Assembly (NCBI GenBank): GCA_021791995.1
Contig: JAJYVN010000001.1
Coordinates: forward strand, 1 to 48,758
Length of the DNA: 48,758 nt
Source of the DNA: Bacillota bacterium
Lineage (GTDB): Bacteria > Bacillota > Sulfobacillia > RBS10-35 > JAJYVN01
Reading direction: 5' to 3'
This document shows, piece after piece, positions 38,791 to 48,207 of the stretch (positions are counted from its first letter, which is position 1; each line of letters begins with the position of its first letter). The notes beneath the pieces were generated by a model. That model was given only the letters and a program-made list of their open reading frames with translations. It was not told the DNA's origin and did no database searches. The translations under genes were made by a program, and so were the position numbers.

Positions 38791-38822
38791 ATGGGGACGA
38801 TCTAGTCTTGGACCGTGGGGGG

Positions 38823-39812
38823 ATGCGTGTGCGTTTCCGAGGAGTCTTCGGAGCCGTGACGGCCGGCGCTCTGGTGGCGACTGTCCTGAGCGCGACCACT
38901 GCTCAGGCGGCCGCGGCGTCTTCCTGCCGACCACGGCCAGGGAGCGAGGCATGCCTGTCGTACCTGTTCGCGGACGGTGGGGCGCACTTTTCTGCCGCCC
39001 AGTGGCGAGCGGACATCGCCCGGGCAAGTCGCCCCAACCAGGCTCTCTATGCCAAGTACAAGAGGTTGTTCGACGAGGCCAAGACTGCGGCTGAAAAGCA
39101 GAAGATCCTCGCGAAGTACGACGCGCTGGCGCACGGGTCCGCGGTCGGACCAAATACACCCATGCCTTCGATGCGGACAACCTACGCGGTGTGCCGCCAC
39201 CTACTGGTGAGCCAAGGGTACCGGTACGCCCCTGCCATGTGTGCCCCGTGGTACGCGAACTTCCAAGTCATCACGGGCTGGCAACTGCAGGAGGGGAACG
39301 GCCAGGTGGACATCGAGGTCTTTGGCTATTCCCGTTCGGGCGGGCCCAAGGAGACGGGCCAAATTGCCTTTCTGCAGTTCCCAACCAACCCGCATCTACC
39401 GGACGGTGGGGCCTGGACTGCCATGGATTCGCCACTGCCGTTGATCGCGTGGTTCCGGCTTGTACGTTCGCAGAAGTACGACCCCGCAATGCTCAAGGTC
39501 AAGGACACCTCGGGCGGAACGCTGGCGACCAACGAGTCGCTTAGCGCCGCGCAGTTCCTTGGGTTTTGGGGCTATGGGTACGCGCCGACCGAGTTCTCAG
39601 TTGAGGCGCGTCGCCTGATGGCGACTGCAGGGTTCAACCCCGTTGAGGCAGGGGGGCCTGATGTCTTGCCCGGCCACGCCTGGCCAGCGTTCACAAGTCG
39701 TGCGCTGACTCCATCCGTGTTGCGGACTGCTGGTTGGGAGTATGTAAATTGGCCGGAAAGGGCACTTGGCGGTGGGGGGCTTCCGGGCCTGTACGCCCAC
39801 GGTAGCGCCTAA
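38823..39812 (+). CDS. Secreted hypothetical protein
   Basis: Signal peptide MRVRFRG...TAQA; RBS GGGGGG. Confidence 0.65.
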   Translation: MRVRFRGVFGAVTAGALVATVLSATTAQAAAASSCRPRPGSEACLSYLFADGGAHFSAAQWRADIARASRPNQALYAKYKRLFDEAKTAAEKQKILAKYDALAHGSAVGPNTPMPSMRTTYAVCRHLLVSQGYRYAPAMCAPWYANFQVITGWQLQEGNGQVDIEVFGYSRSGGPKETGQIAFLQFPTNPHLPDGGAWTAMDSPLPLIAWFRLVRSQKYDPAMLKVKDTSGGTLATNESLSAAQFLGFWGYGYAPTEFSVEARRLMATAGFNPVEAGGPDVLPGHAWPAFTSRALTPSVLRTAGWEYVNWPERALGGGGLPGLYAHGSA

Positions 39813-39826
39813 GGCTTGGCGACGAC

Positions 39827-39862
39827 GAACCCGCCCTCGAGTGTGGGCGGGTTCTTGTTTTG
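39827..39862 (+). terminator. Intrinsic terminator
   Basis: Perfect 10-bp stem GAACCCGCCC/GGGCGGGTTC + TTGTTTTG. Confidence 0.75.
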
Positions 39863-39881
39863 TCAGGGAGGAGGTATCTGT

Positions 39882-42872
39882 GTGCATCGATCGCTCCGAA
39901 CTTGGGCTGCGGTGTTGCTGTCGGTCGTCCTAGTTGGGGGCATGGCTTATGCGTCATCCGACGTGATCGCGCCCGGCGGCGGTGGTGTATCTGTGGACAA
40001 TGCCTTGACCTTTGGAGTTGATGCTGGCCGTGCGCGGACGGTGAATAGTGACACGTATTCGGCGGGTACGGCGTACCCGAGCACCACCGGTACGTCCGGC
40101 TCGCAGCAATCCACAGGAGCACCGGACTTCGTTCCCGCGCCAGGCTTTGCGACGGCGTTGACCGGATCCCTCTGCTCGTTCTCGACACCGGTTGTATCCG
40201 GTAGCATGGCGTATCAGTACGCATTTGCGGCAGCTGGGGCGTGTGGGCCCAGGACGGCGGCGAGTTCGACAGGTGTGCTCTACGCAATGGACCTGTCGGC
40301 GACCCGGCCGGCAAACGCGTGGGGCGGATACGTTTGGACGGTTCCTTCGTCGTCCCAAATGACGTCGTGCAACGGCTCTGCACCCAATATGGCGGGGGTC
40401 TCGGCGCCAACGATCGACCCGACAGGACAATACCTCGCCATCGGAGCAGGGTGCGTGATGTATTGGGCTTCGCTATCGTCTCTGCAGCCGGGCTCCGCTA
40501 CCGAATCCGTCGCGTCACCGGGCAGTGGCTGGCAACAGAAGACGATTCGCGGTGAGACACCGAACGCGGGCAACGAGGTCGCCATGAGCCCGATCATTAC
40601 GCAGCCGTATACGGTGGCCTATAGCAGCGGGCTCGGATCGGTGTCGGTGTCGACGCCTTACGCTTGCGTAGGTGGCTGGGACGGTGGCATGGCTTGTGCC
40701 GCTATGGCTAGCAAACCAGGCGAGAGTCCGCCGCCGACCGTTCAGTGGGTCATCCCGACGACGGGCTCAAACAAAGATGGCCCCTCTGGCTATCCCATCA
40801 ACTGGATCGGAACGCCACAGAGTCTCGACAACGGCGGCCATGCGATTCTGACCTCGAGTCCGAGTTGGGACCCCCAGGCGAGCGTCAATGGATCCACTGG
40901 CGCCGTGGTATTCGGGATCAACGACGGGTCCGCCGGACCGGGTGCGGTCGTCTTCCTGGACCCGTTGTCGGGCGCCTCCACTATCGTCGTGCTGTCATCC
41001 GGGTTCGACGGGTTGCCGTCCAACGCCGCTGGCATCTCGTCGTCGGTGGTCGTCTATGAGTACGGCACCGGGAGCCCGGCCGACGGAACGGTGATCGTTC
41101 CCGACAACTATGGCGACCTCTACGAGATCAGCCCGGCGGGTCGCCTGCTGGCCTCCATGACTTCGGTTTCTGTCACCGCCCGAGTATCCTGTACGGCGCT
41201 GCCCTGGGACATCAGCGATCTGGCCGTTGGTAAGTACAGCATCTACGCGGTCGAGCACTGCCTGCAGACGGTCGATCGCTTCGGGGTGGCACCCTCGGGG
41301 GGTACCATTGCGCAGGTCGCCACCTACACCTCGAGCACGGGCTACTTCGACGGCGCCTACTCGCCCACGGTGGTTCGGTGCGCTGCCACCGCGTGTCCGT
41401 CCACCAGCACCGTCCCCGGTAGCGACGACGCGTACCTGTTCCTGAACGACAGGTCCAACATGTACGTCCTGCCGATCGGGGCGAACGCCAACGCCTCGGG
41501 CACGATGTCCGTCGCCCCGATCGGGCCCACGACTGGTAGCCCGCCGTTCGTGGCTGCCCTCCCGGACGCGGGCGTGAACCATACGCTACTCCTTTGGAGC
41601 AACGCGGGAGGCGGTGGCTTCGACTACTGGGCGCCCACCGTGTACGGGCCGGATTCGACCGGCGGTTCGGAGATCGTGAGCCTCACGGTGAACGGCCCAT
41701 CGGCCACAAGCGTGACGACGAGTGTGAACACCGCCGTCACGTTCGACATGACGGCAAGCCTGCCGAGCATCGGGCAGTGCGACCCGGTCTACAGCACCAT
41801 AGCGCCCAACGAGACCTGCCTGAACCTGTGGGAGACGACCGGCGGCGCTCCGGGTATCGTGGCCAGCTCGAACCAGTCGGCCGTTCAGGCGCCGTACCCG
41901 ATCACGGAGACGGGACCGAGCAGCTGGACCACATCGCTCGCCTTCGCGCAGCCCGGCACGTACCACCTGTACAGCGTTCTGATGAACAACTCGACCACCT
42001 GGGTGGGCGGGATCGAGCCGGGCCAGAGCCAGGTCACGTCCAACAACGTGACCGTCACGGTGGAGCCCTCCGGATCGAACCCGAGTCCCGCCCCGACATG
42101 CAGCACGCCAAGTTCCACTGGCTGGAACACGCCGGCGAACTGCGTGGGGTCGCTGCCGACGCCGGCTGCCGCCCAGGTGTCGGGGACCCTCACGATGGCC
42201 GTGGGGGATCAAGGCAGTAGCTACTCCCCGGTGTTTGATCCCAACTGGAGTCCCACGTCGGGTATGCCCGATCCGTGCATCACGCCGTCCGTCACGTGCA
42301 ACAGCCCCTACGTGGCCTACCTGCCCCAGCAGTATGGCCTCTTCGGGCAGCACTTGCTGGTCCGGGTGAACCCACCGGCGTACGCGTCCCGGCCGCCAAC
42401 ACTCAGCTCGCCGCCTACCGGGTACACCCCCCGCGTCTGCGACGTGTACTTCCCCTCTTCCGGCCAGGACTACGTGGCACTGCCGCAGGGCATCTCGGAG
42501 GAGACCGGCCAGCCGTGGACCCAGGAGTGGGACCCCCTCAAGAGTGCGGGGTCGTACCTGTACGGTACGGTGCTGGTCGACTGGGCGTGGTGGCCACCGC
42601 TTCCCACCGGCAGCGTCGTGGGTCCCGGGGACCTGACGTCGCACTGGGTTGCTGACGTGTACCGATGGATCTACCAGCGTGTGCAGACCGGAACCGACAG
42701 CAACGGTAATCCGGTGTACGAGTGGGTGCCAACCTGCACGAACCAGGGGCTCGAGAACGGCGCGACCAACCCACAGGTGAACCCGGCCCAGGGGGGTCAG
42801 GTGTACGTGTGGGGGGCCAGGATCGTGCTACTGCCGATCACGACGCACGAGCTCCTCTGGGGGCTGCCGTAG
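39882..42872 (+). CDS. Large secreted protein, probable PQQ-like beta-propeller plus Ig-like domain
   Basis: GGAGGAGG RBS; signal peptide; repeated S(S/T/A)P-hydrophobic blade motifs, DGTVIVPDNYGDLYEI; Ser/Thr/Cys-rich. Confidence 0.7.
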   Translation: MHRSLRTWAAVLLSVVLVGGMAYASSDVIAPGGGGVSVDNALTFGVDAGRARTVNSDTYSAGTAYPSTTGTSGSQQSTGAPDFVPAPGFATALTGSLCSFSTPVVSGSMAYQYAFAAAGACGPRTAASSTGVLYAMDLSATRPANAWGGYVWTVPSSSQMTSCNGSAPNMAGVSAPTIDPTGQYLAIGAGCVMYWASLSSLQPGSATESVASPGSGWQQKTIRGETPNAGNEVAMSPIITQPYTVAYSSGLGSVSVSTPYACVGGWDGGMACAAMASKPGESPPPTVQWVIPTTGSNKDGPSGYPINWIGTPQSLDNGGHAILTSSPSWDPQASVNGSTGAVVFGINDGSAGPGAVVFLDPLSGASTIVVLSSGFDGLPSNAAGISSSVVVYEYGTGSPADGTVIVPDNYGDLYEISPAGRLLASMTSVSVTARVSCTALPWDISDLAVGKYSIYAVEHCLQTVDRFGVAPSGGTIAQVATYTSSTGYFDGAYSPTVVRCAATACPSTSTVPGSDDAYLFLNDRSNMYVLPIGANANASGTMSVAPIGPTTGSPPFVAALPDAGVNHTLLLWSNAGGGGFDYWAPTVYGPDSTGGSEIVSLTVNGPSATSVTTSVNTAVTFDMTASLPSIGQCDPVYSTIAPNETCLNLWETTGGAPGIVASSNQSAVQAPYPITETGPSSWTTSLAFAQPGTYHLYSVLMNNSTTWVGGIEPGQSQVTSNNVTVTVEPSGSNPSPAPTCSTPSSTGWNTPANCVGSLPTPAAAQVSGTLTMAVGDQGSSYSPVFDPNWSPTSGMPDPCITPSVTCNSPYVAYLPQQYGLFGQHLLVRVNPPAYASRPPTLSSPPTGYTPRVCDVYFPSSGQDYVALPQGISEETGQPWTQEWDPLKSAGSYLYGTVLVDWAWWPPLPTGSVVGPGDLTSHWVADVYRWIYQRVQTGTDSNGNPVYEWVPTCTNQGLENGATNPQVNPAQGGQVYVWGARIVLLPITTHELLWGLP

Positions 42873-42886
42873 GGGCGGACTGACAT

Positions 42887-42926
42887 CGGGCTGGGCTTTC
42901 GGGCTCAGCCCGTCTTTGTTGGTTGG
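42887..42926 (+). terminator. Hairpin with UUCG loop
   Basis: CGGGCTGGGCT-TTCG-GGCTCAGCCCG + TCTTTGTTGGTTGG. Confidence 0.7.
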
Positions 42927-42938
42927 CTCATCTCGTCT

Positions 42939-43604
42939 GTGAAGGAGCGGATCGTGTTGGCCCGTTGGAAGATCTTCGTTGGAGCCTTGGTCGCGGTGGT
43001 CTTGACCGGGGCCGTGTTGAGCTCGGCATCTCAGCACGCTGTCCGCAAGTCTGTGGTGCAGGTGAACCCGGGGACGAAGGGGACCTCGGCAAATCAAGCA
43101 TCGACGGCCCCTTTGGGCTTTGGCCTGCCCATGTGGGCCAATTACCGCCTGATCCCGGTCTGGACGCTTGCGGGGCAGCCCATGTACGTGAACGCGTCCG
43201 TCATGCCGGTTGTGTTCTTTGAGGCGAGCGACCCGGCGCCTGCCGAGCGTGTGGTGGCGGAGATGAGCAGGTTACCTGGGCCGCACCCGGTGGCCCTGGT
43301 CGCCACGGGGTTCCCGAAGGAGTCGCTGTCCGAGGCTGAGACACAGGGAAGGCGTGTTGCAGCCAGCGCCTTGCATGGCGCGTCGATCCTTCTGCTTCAG
43401 GGGCCGTGGGCCACGTTTGGTCAGACGCTGCCCATGCTGGCCTACCTCGGGCACACGGCCACCAACCCGGTGGTGGTGAGCTTCTCGAAGAGCGTCCCCG
43501 TGCCCGTGCTGAAGCGGGCGTTCGCCGACACGGTTGCGGGCATCTATCAGGGCCCGGTACCTACGGCCACGAAGCACGGATCCAAGAAGGGGGCAAAGTC
43601 GTGA
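42939..43604 (+). CDS. Membrane-anchored exported protein, possibly thioredoxin-like fold without CxxC
   Basis: N-terminal TM; PVVFF...helix...VALVA...TLPML pattern; GTGA overlap with cpaB. Confidence 0.6.
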   Translation: MKERIVLARWKIFVGALVAVVLTGAVLSSASQHAVRKSVVQVNPGTKGTSANQASTAPLGFGLPMWANYRLIPVWTLAGQPMYVNASVMPVVFFEASDPAPAERVVAEMSRLPGPHPVALVATGFPKESLSEAETQGRRVAASALHGASILLLQGPWATFGQTLPMLAYLGHTATNPVVVSFSKSVPVPVLKRAFADTVAGIYQGPVPTATKHGSKKGAKS

Positions 43605-44461
43605 GACGCCGTACGGCCGCGTTTGTCGGTCTTGCCGTGGCTGTCTTGCTGTCGGCCCTTCAGGTTCTCCTGTGGCGGGCGTCCATCGTGCCGACCGTGT
43701 ACGTAGCGGTGTCCAAGGCGCCCTTGTCGGCGCTTACGGCCGTCAACGCCGCGGACGTGGTGCCCAAGCCAATCCCGGCGACGGCGGTCCTTCCCGGCAT
43801 GGTCACGTCGTTCGCGCGGATCGCCCATCTGTATCCCCTGCACGACATCCCGGCTGGGGTGTACCTAACGTCGGCTGACTTCGAGAGCGCTCCGCTTCGC
43901 GATGGCCTTTGCCCTGGCGAGGTGTCCGTCACCGTACCCGTCCAGACCGCCGCCAACGCGGAGGGCGTCTATCCCGGCATGTACGTTGAGGTGACGCAGC
44001 CGGCCGCCGGGAACACGCCGACCGCCTCCAGCGGGCAGGGCGTGGTCGTGGCGACGGGCCTTCGGGTGATTGCGGTGATGACATCGAGTGGCGCACCCAT
44101 CAGCCAGGCGGCGCCGCAGTCTGGGTTTTCGGGACTAGCGAGCTCCGATACGCCGTCCATGGTGGAACTGGCCGTGCCTATGGGGAGCGCGCCGGCGTTC
44201 ATCAACGCGTCCGCTCACGGCGAGCTGGTCTTCTCACAGGATCCGTGGACCGGTCCGACCCAGGTGTGTACCGCATCCGCGACCGGTCAGGGGCCTGGGC
44301 CTGGAACGGTAGTTCCTCCGCAGGTGTCCTCTTCGGGAGCGCCTGGTCTGAGCGCATCGTCCCAGCCCGGCTCGCGCGTCGGTGCTGAAATTGGCTCCAC
44401 CGGCGGATCCCGCGTCAGGCCGGGCAGTTCGCCGACCGGCAAGTCCTCGCATAAGGGGTGA
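43601..44461 (+). CDS. cpaB: CpaB/RcpC pilus assembly protein (SAF domain)
   Basis: N-terminal TM; SAF-like VYVA...I.AG..LT..D; L.PG...VTVPV, PG..V.V, LRVIAV, VELAV. Confidence 0.8.
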   Translation: MRRRTAAFVGLAVAVLLSALQVLLWRASIVPTVYVAVSKAPLSALTAVNAADVVPKPIPATAVLPGMVTSFARIAHLYPLHDIPAGVYLTSADFESAPLRDGLCPGEVSVTVPVQTAANAEGVYPGMYVEVTQPAAGNTPTASSGQGVVVATGLRVIAVMTSSGAPISQAAPQSGFSGLASSDTPSMVELAVPMGSAPAFINASAHGELVFSQDPWTGPTQVCTASATGQGPGPGTVVPPQVSSSGAPGLSASSQPGSRVGAEIGSTGGSRVRPGSSPTGKSSHKG

Positions 44462-44466
44462 TCGTG

Positions 44467-47400
44467 ATGGCTACGCTCCTACGGCGATTGCGCTCCGAGG
44501 CCGGTGACTTCGGCACCTACATCGCCGGAGTCATCACCGTCATTCTGATCGGTGTCGCCTTCGGGTTGGGTGCCAACGTGGTTCACCTCGTCTCTGGGCA
44601 GGGGACGCTCACGAACATGGCGCAGGCCGCCGCGAAGGAGGTCGCCATTCAGGGCTGCCTTACGTCCCAGGACGTGAGCGCGGTCCAGAACCAGCTTCAG
44701 AGCCTCGGGTGGAATTCGGCAAACCTGCACACCTCGGCGTCGTTCTCGGCAACTCAGCCGCAAGGCAACTACGGCTCGACCGTCACCGTGGGCATGGACT
44801 ACAACATGCCCATCGTCATGTTTGGGACGATCAAGGCAGGATCCTGGCTGCTATCGGCGACGGGGAGCGCGCCCATGCAGTACGTGCAGCCTGTCGGAAC
44901 GTCGAGCTCGACTCCGGTGTGCCCGGGCACCTCGTACTCGGGCAGCACGACGCCCGTGGCCGAGGTGTACACGGACACCATGAGCGCGAGCACGAACCCG
45001 TCGGCCGGGACGCTTACCTTCACCCAGGGATCGTACTCCCCGGCGTCGGGCTCGAGCGGGTCCTCCAGCACGGGTTCGGGCGCTGTGACCATGACCCTTG
45101 CCGCGTCGCCGGCGAGCACGACTGTAGGCGGAACTGTCGAGTTCACGGGTCAGGTCATGGACGGCTCTACGCCCCATGCTGGTGCCACGGTGAACATCTC
45201 AGGCGGCGGCGCCGCGACCACGGCTATGACCGACAGCAACGGCGACTACCAGGCCGCGCTGTCGTTTACGGCGACCGGGACGTTCACCATCACGGCGAGT
45301 ACAGGCGGCGCGACCACCACGACCCAGGTTACGGTTGCCGCGGACAGCCCGGCGCAGGTCACGGTGAGCGCCCAGACGCCGGTGGCGGATGGGTCGAATG
45401 AGGTCATCTACGCAACGGTCACCGACCAGAACGGCAACCCCGTGGCGGACGGGACCCAGGTGCAGGTCTCATCCACGGACAGCACGGACGTCCCGAGCCA
45501 GACGCTCACCACAAGCAACGGTGAGGTTGCCCTGGGAGTGAACTGGACGCAGGTGGGGACGTGGACGGTGACCTTCACGTCGCAGGGTGTGTCGGGCAGT
45601 GCTTCCGTGACCGTGCAGCCCGGAGGGGCGCAGAACCTAGCCCTTTCGGCCTCCCCGGACCCCGCGACGGCGGGGCAGCAGGTGACCATGTCCGGGACGA
45701 TCACGGACTCCGAGGGCAATCCGGTGGCCACCGGAACTTCGGTCACGGTATCCTCCCCGACGGACCCTGCGGAGTGCCCCAGGCAGACCGTGACCACGGG
45801 AAGTGGCGGGGCATTTAGCGCGACGTGTTCCTTCACGGTGGCCGGTAGTCAGAGCCTGAGCGCCACATCGGGATCGGCGACCGGGAGCACGACGGTGACG
45901 GTTACGGCGGGGGCCGCGAGTCAGTTCGTAGGCGTGGCGCTGGCCCCCAATCCAGTCGACTCCGGCTCTGAACTCTCGGCCGCCGGTACCCTCGAGGACC
46001 AGTACGGCAACGCGGTGTCCGGAGCTACGGTCACCATGTCCGGTGCAGGGGCGATCGCCGGTACCACGACGACTGCCTCGAACGGCGCCTTCGCGGTCAA
46101 CATCACTCCGGCGAGCACCGGGCAGCAGACGATAACGCTTGTGTCCGGAAGCGCTACCTGGACCGGAACGGTTACGGTGAACTCCCCGAGCAGTTCGGAC
46201 GTTGTGGCGGCCTGGATCGGTACTCCGGGAACAACCCAGGTATCCGTGCCGGCCGGAAGCAGCGTGACGCTGGGCATGACAGTCACGTCCGGCGGAAGCG
46301 GCGTCTCGGGTGAGCAGGTCACCTTCACGGAGCCCTTCGTGTCAGGTGGGGGCACGTGGACGTGTACGACCGGAGCCAACGGCGAGTGCTCGGTTGCGGC
46401 GACGGGGTTTACCCAGACCGGCGACATTGTGGTGCAAGCGGCCATCCCGAACGGGGAGACGTCGGATGTCCAGGTCGAGGTTACGGCTGGGGCGCCCGCG
46501 AACATCGCGGGCTTTGCTTGCTCACCCACGATCCTTGGCGCCGGAAGCACGACGTCGTGCTCTGGCACCGTGACGGACGCCTACGGCAACGCTGTGAGCG
46601 GCTCAACGGTGTTCGTCTCCGGAGGCGGTGGTACCGCCTCGCCGGTGACCAGCAGCACAGGGTACTTCAACACCACGTTGACGATCACGGCCGCCGGCAC
46701 GGACACGATCACCGCCAAGGACGGGAGCGCCACGGCGTCCACGACAGTCACGGTCACGGCGGGAGCGCCCGCGGGTGCGATCGTTACGGACCCGGCCAAG
46801 GGCGGAACGTACTACTACGGGGAACCGTTCCAGGTCACCGTGCAGCTCGCGGACCAGTACGGCAACCCCATCACGAGCCTCCCTTCCGGTGAGGATTACT
46901 CCATCGGCATCGCGAACGCGGATAACGCGGGCAATGCCGGTCCTTACTGTGACCTCGTCGGGCCGACAAGCACCACGTACTGCACCTGGCAGATTGGTGG
47001 CTACGGGGCCGCGCCCGTGAACGTCCCGTACACCGGCTACGGCTATCCCTACAGCAACTGGGGATCCGGGCCCGTAGGGTCGGTCACCGGGCCGGACTCG
47101 GGGACCTGGGTACGCGACTCCGTGGTGGTGAACAGCACCAACTACGGTGTTGGGTACTACTCGGGGAGCACGTCGGTCCTGAGCGATTCGTCCTACGGCT
47201 GTATCTCCGCTGACAACATGTGCAGCGGCTTCTGGTACCTGGCGCCGCAGTACACGTGGACGGGAACGACGTGGTATACGGCGTTTCAGGAGGCGGCCGG
47301 GCAGGAAAGCGCTGATACGTCGGGTGATGGCGGTATCAACTACGAGGTGCCTTCGCAGATCACCGCCGGGTTCGCCGCCGGAGAGGACTCGGCGCTCCCC

Positions 47401-48162
47401 CCTCTGCCTGCATCCTCGGTACCTGGAAGCACGGTCACCTTCACGGAGCAGACCTTCATGCCGAGCCAGGTGTACCTGACCGTGTCCAACCCCACGGCGC
47501 TTCGTGATAACGAGATCGAGGTGGGAGGGGCGTACGGCTACCAGGATGCCGGGAACTACTGCGCCACCGTCTCGCAGACCAACCCCTACGGCGTTGCCCT
47601 CAACGTTGGCATCATGCAGGATCAGCCGAACCAGCAGGGCAAGGGCAACTTCTTCGACATCTCGCCGGGAGAGGCCACGATAGCGAATGGCGGAAGCGCG
47701 GTCGTCTGCGGCGGATCGTCGAACGGCATCACCAGCTACCCCACGGAAGCGCCGCACTCCATCATCGTGGCCGCAGCACCGTTAGGAGAGTCGCCGTTCC
47801 TACCTGGGGTGTCGTCCAGCTACGCGTCCACCGCGGTGGTGTGGGGCTCGACGTCCTACGGCGAGTGGTACATGTCGCCGTCTGGGGCGGCCTACGAGAA
47901 CGGGAATACCTGGGTACCCGTGACCTTCTACCTCGAGGAGGCTGGGATCACGGGTGCGGTTGGCCAGACCGAGTCTGTGTCATGCACGGGCTACAGCGGC
48001 GACCAAGTCACATGCCCGGGTTCGGTGACGGTGACAAGCAGCGCCACGCCGTTCACGGTGGACGTGTACGTCCCTTATGGGACCGTGTACGGCAACGTGA
48101 TGGTGAACGTCACGGTTGGCCCTGGGGAAGTCGTCTCAACCGACGTGAACTTTTACAATTAG
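44467..48162 (+). CDS. Giant TadE-like minor pilin fused to invasin/Big_1-type Ig repeats
   Basis: Leader RRLRSEAG + TM, AQAAAKEVAIQG; ~7 repeats with D.(Y/N)GN.V.G..V-like motif; distinct C-terminal domain. Confidence 0.8.
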   Translation: MATLLRRLRSEAGDFGTYIAGVITVILIGVAFGLGANVVHLVSGQGTLTNMAQAAAKEVAIQGCLTSQDVSAVQNQLQSLGWNSANLHTSASFSATQPQGNYGSTVTVGMDYNMPIVMFGTIKAGSWLLSATGSAPMQYVQPVGTSSSTPVCPGTSYSGSTTPVAEVYTDTMSASTNPSAGTLTFTQGSYSPASGSSGSSSTGSGAVTMTLAASPASTTVGGTVEFTGQVMDGSTPHAGATVNISGGGAATTAMTDSNGDYQAALSFTATGTFTITASTGGATTTTQVTVAADSPAQVTVSAQTPVADGSNEVIYATVTDQNGNPVADGTQVQVSSTDSTDVPSQTLTTSNGEVALGVNWTQVGTWTVTFTSQGVSGSASVTVQPGGAQNLALSASPDPATAGQQVTMSGTITDSEGNPVATGTSVTVSSPTDPAECPRQTVTTGSGGAFSATCSFTVAGSQSLSATSGSATGSTTVTVTAGAASQFVGVALAPNPVDSGSELSAAGTLEDQYGNAVSGATVTMSGAGAIAGTTTTASNGAFAVNITPASTGQQTITLVSGSATWTGTVTVNSPSSSDVVAAWIGTPGTTQVSVPAGSSVTLGMTVTSGGSGVSGEQVTFTEPFVSGGGTWTCTTGANGECSVAATGFTQTGDIVVQAAIPNGETSDVQVEVTAGAPANIAGFACSPTILGAGSTTSCSGTVTDAYGNAVSGSTVFVSGGGGTASPVTSSTGYFNTTLTITAAGTDTITAKDGSATASTTVTVTAGAPAGAIVTDPAKGGTYYYGEPFQVTVQLADQYGNPITSLPSGEDYSIGIANADNAGNAGPYCDLVGPTSTTYCTWQIGGYGAAPVNVPYTGYGYPYSNWGSGPVGSVTGPDSGTWVRDSVVVNSTNYGVGYYSGSTSVLSDSSYGCISADNMCSGFWYLAPQYTWTGTTWYTAFQEAAGQESADTSGDGGINYEVPSQITAGFAAGEDSALPPLPASSVPGSTVTFTEQTFMPSQVYLTVSNPTALRDNEIEVGGAYGYQDAGNYCATVSQTNPYGVALNVGIMQDQPNQQGKGNFFDISPGEATIANGGSAVVCGGSSNGITSYPTEAPHSIIVAAAPLGESPFLPGVSSSYASTAVVWGSTSYGEWYMSPSGAAYENGNTWVPVTFYLEEAGITGAVGQTESVSCTGYSGDQVTCPGSVTVTSSATPFTVDVYVPYGTVYGNVMVNVTVGPGEVVSTDVNFYN

Positions 48163-48207
48163 CCCGCAACAAGGCCGCAAGATCCGACCCCTCGGGCCAC
48201 CGACCAG

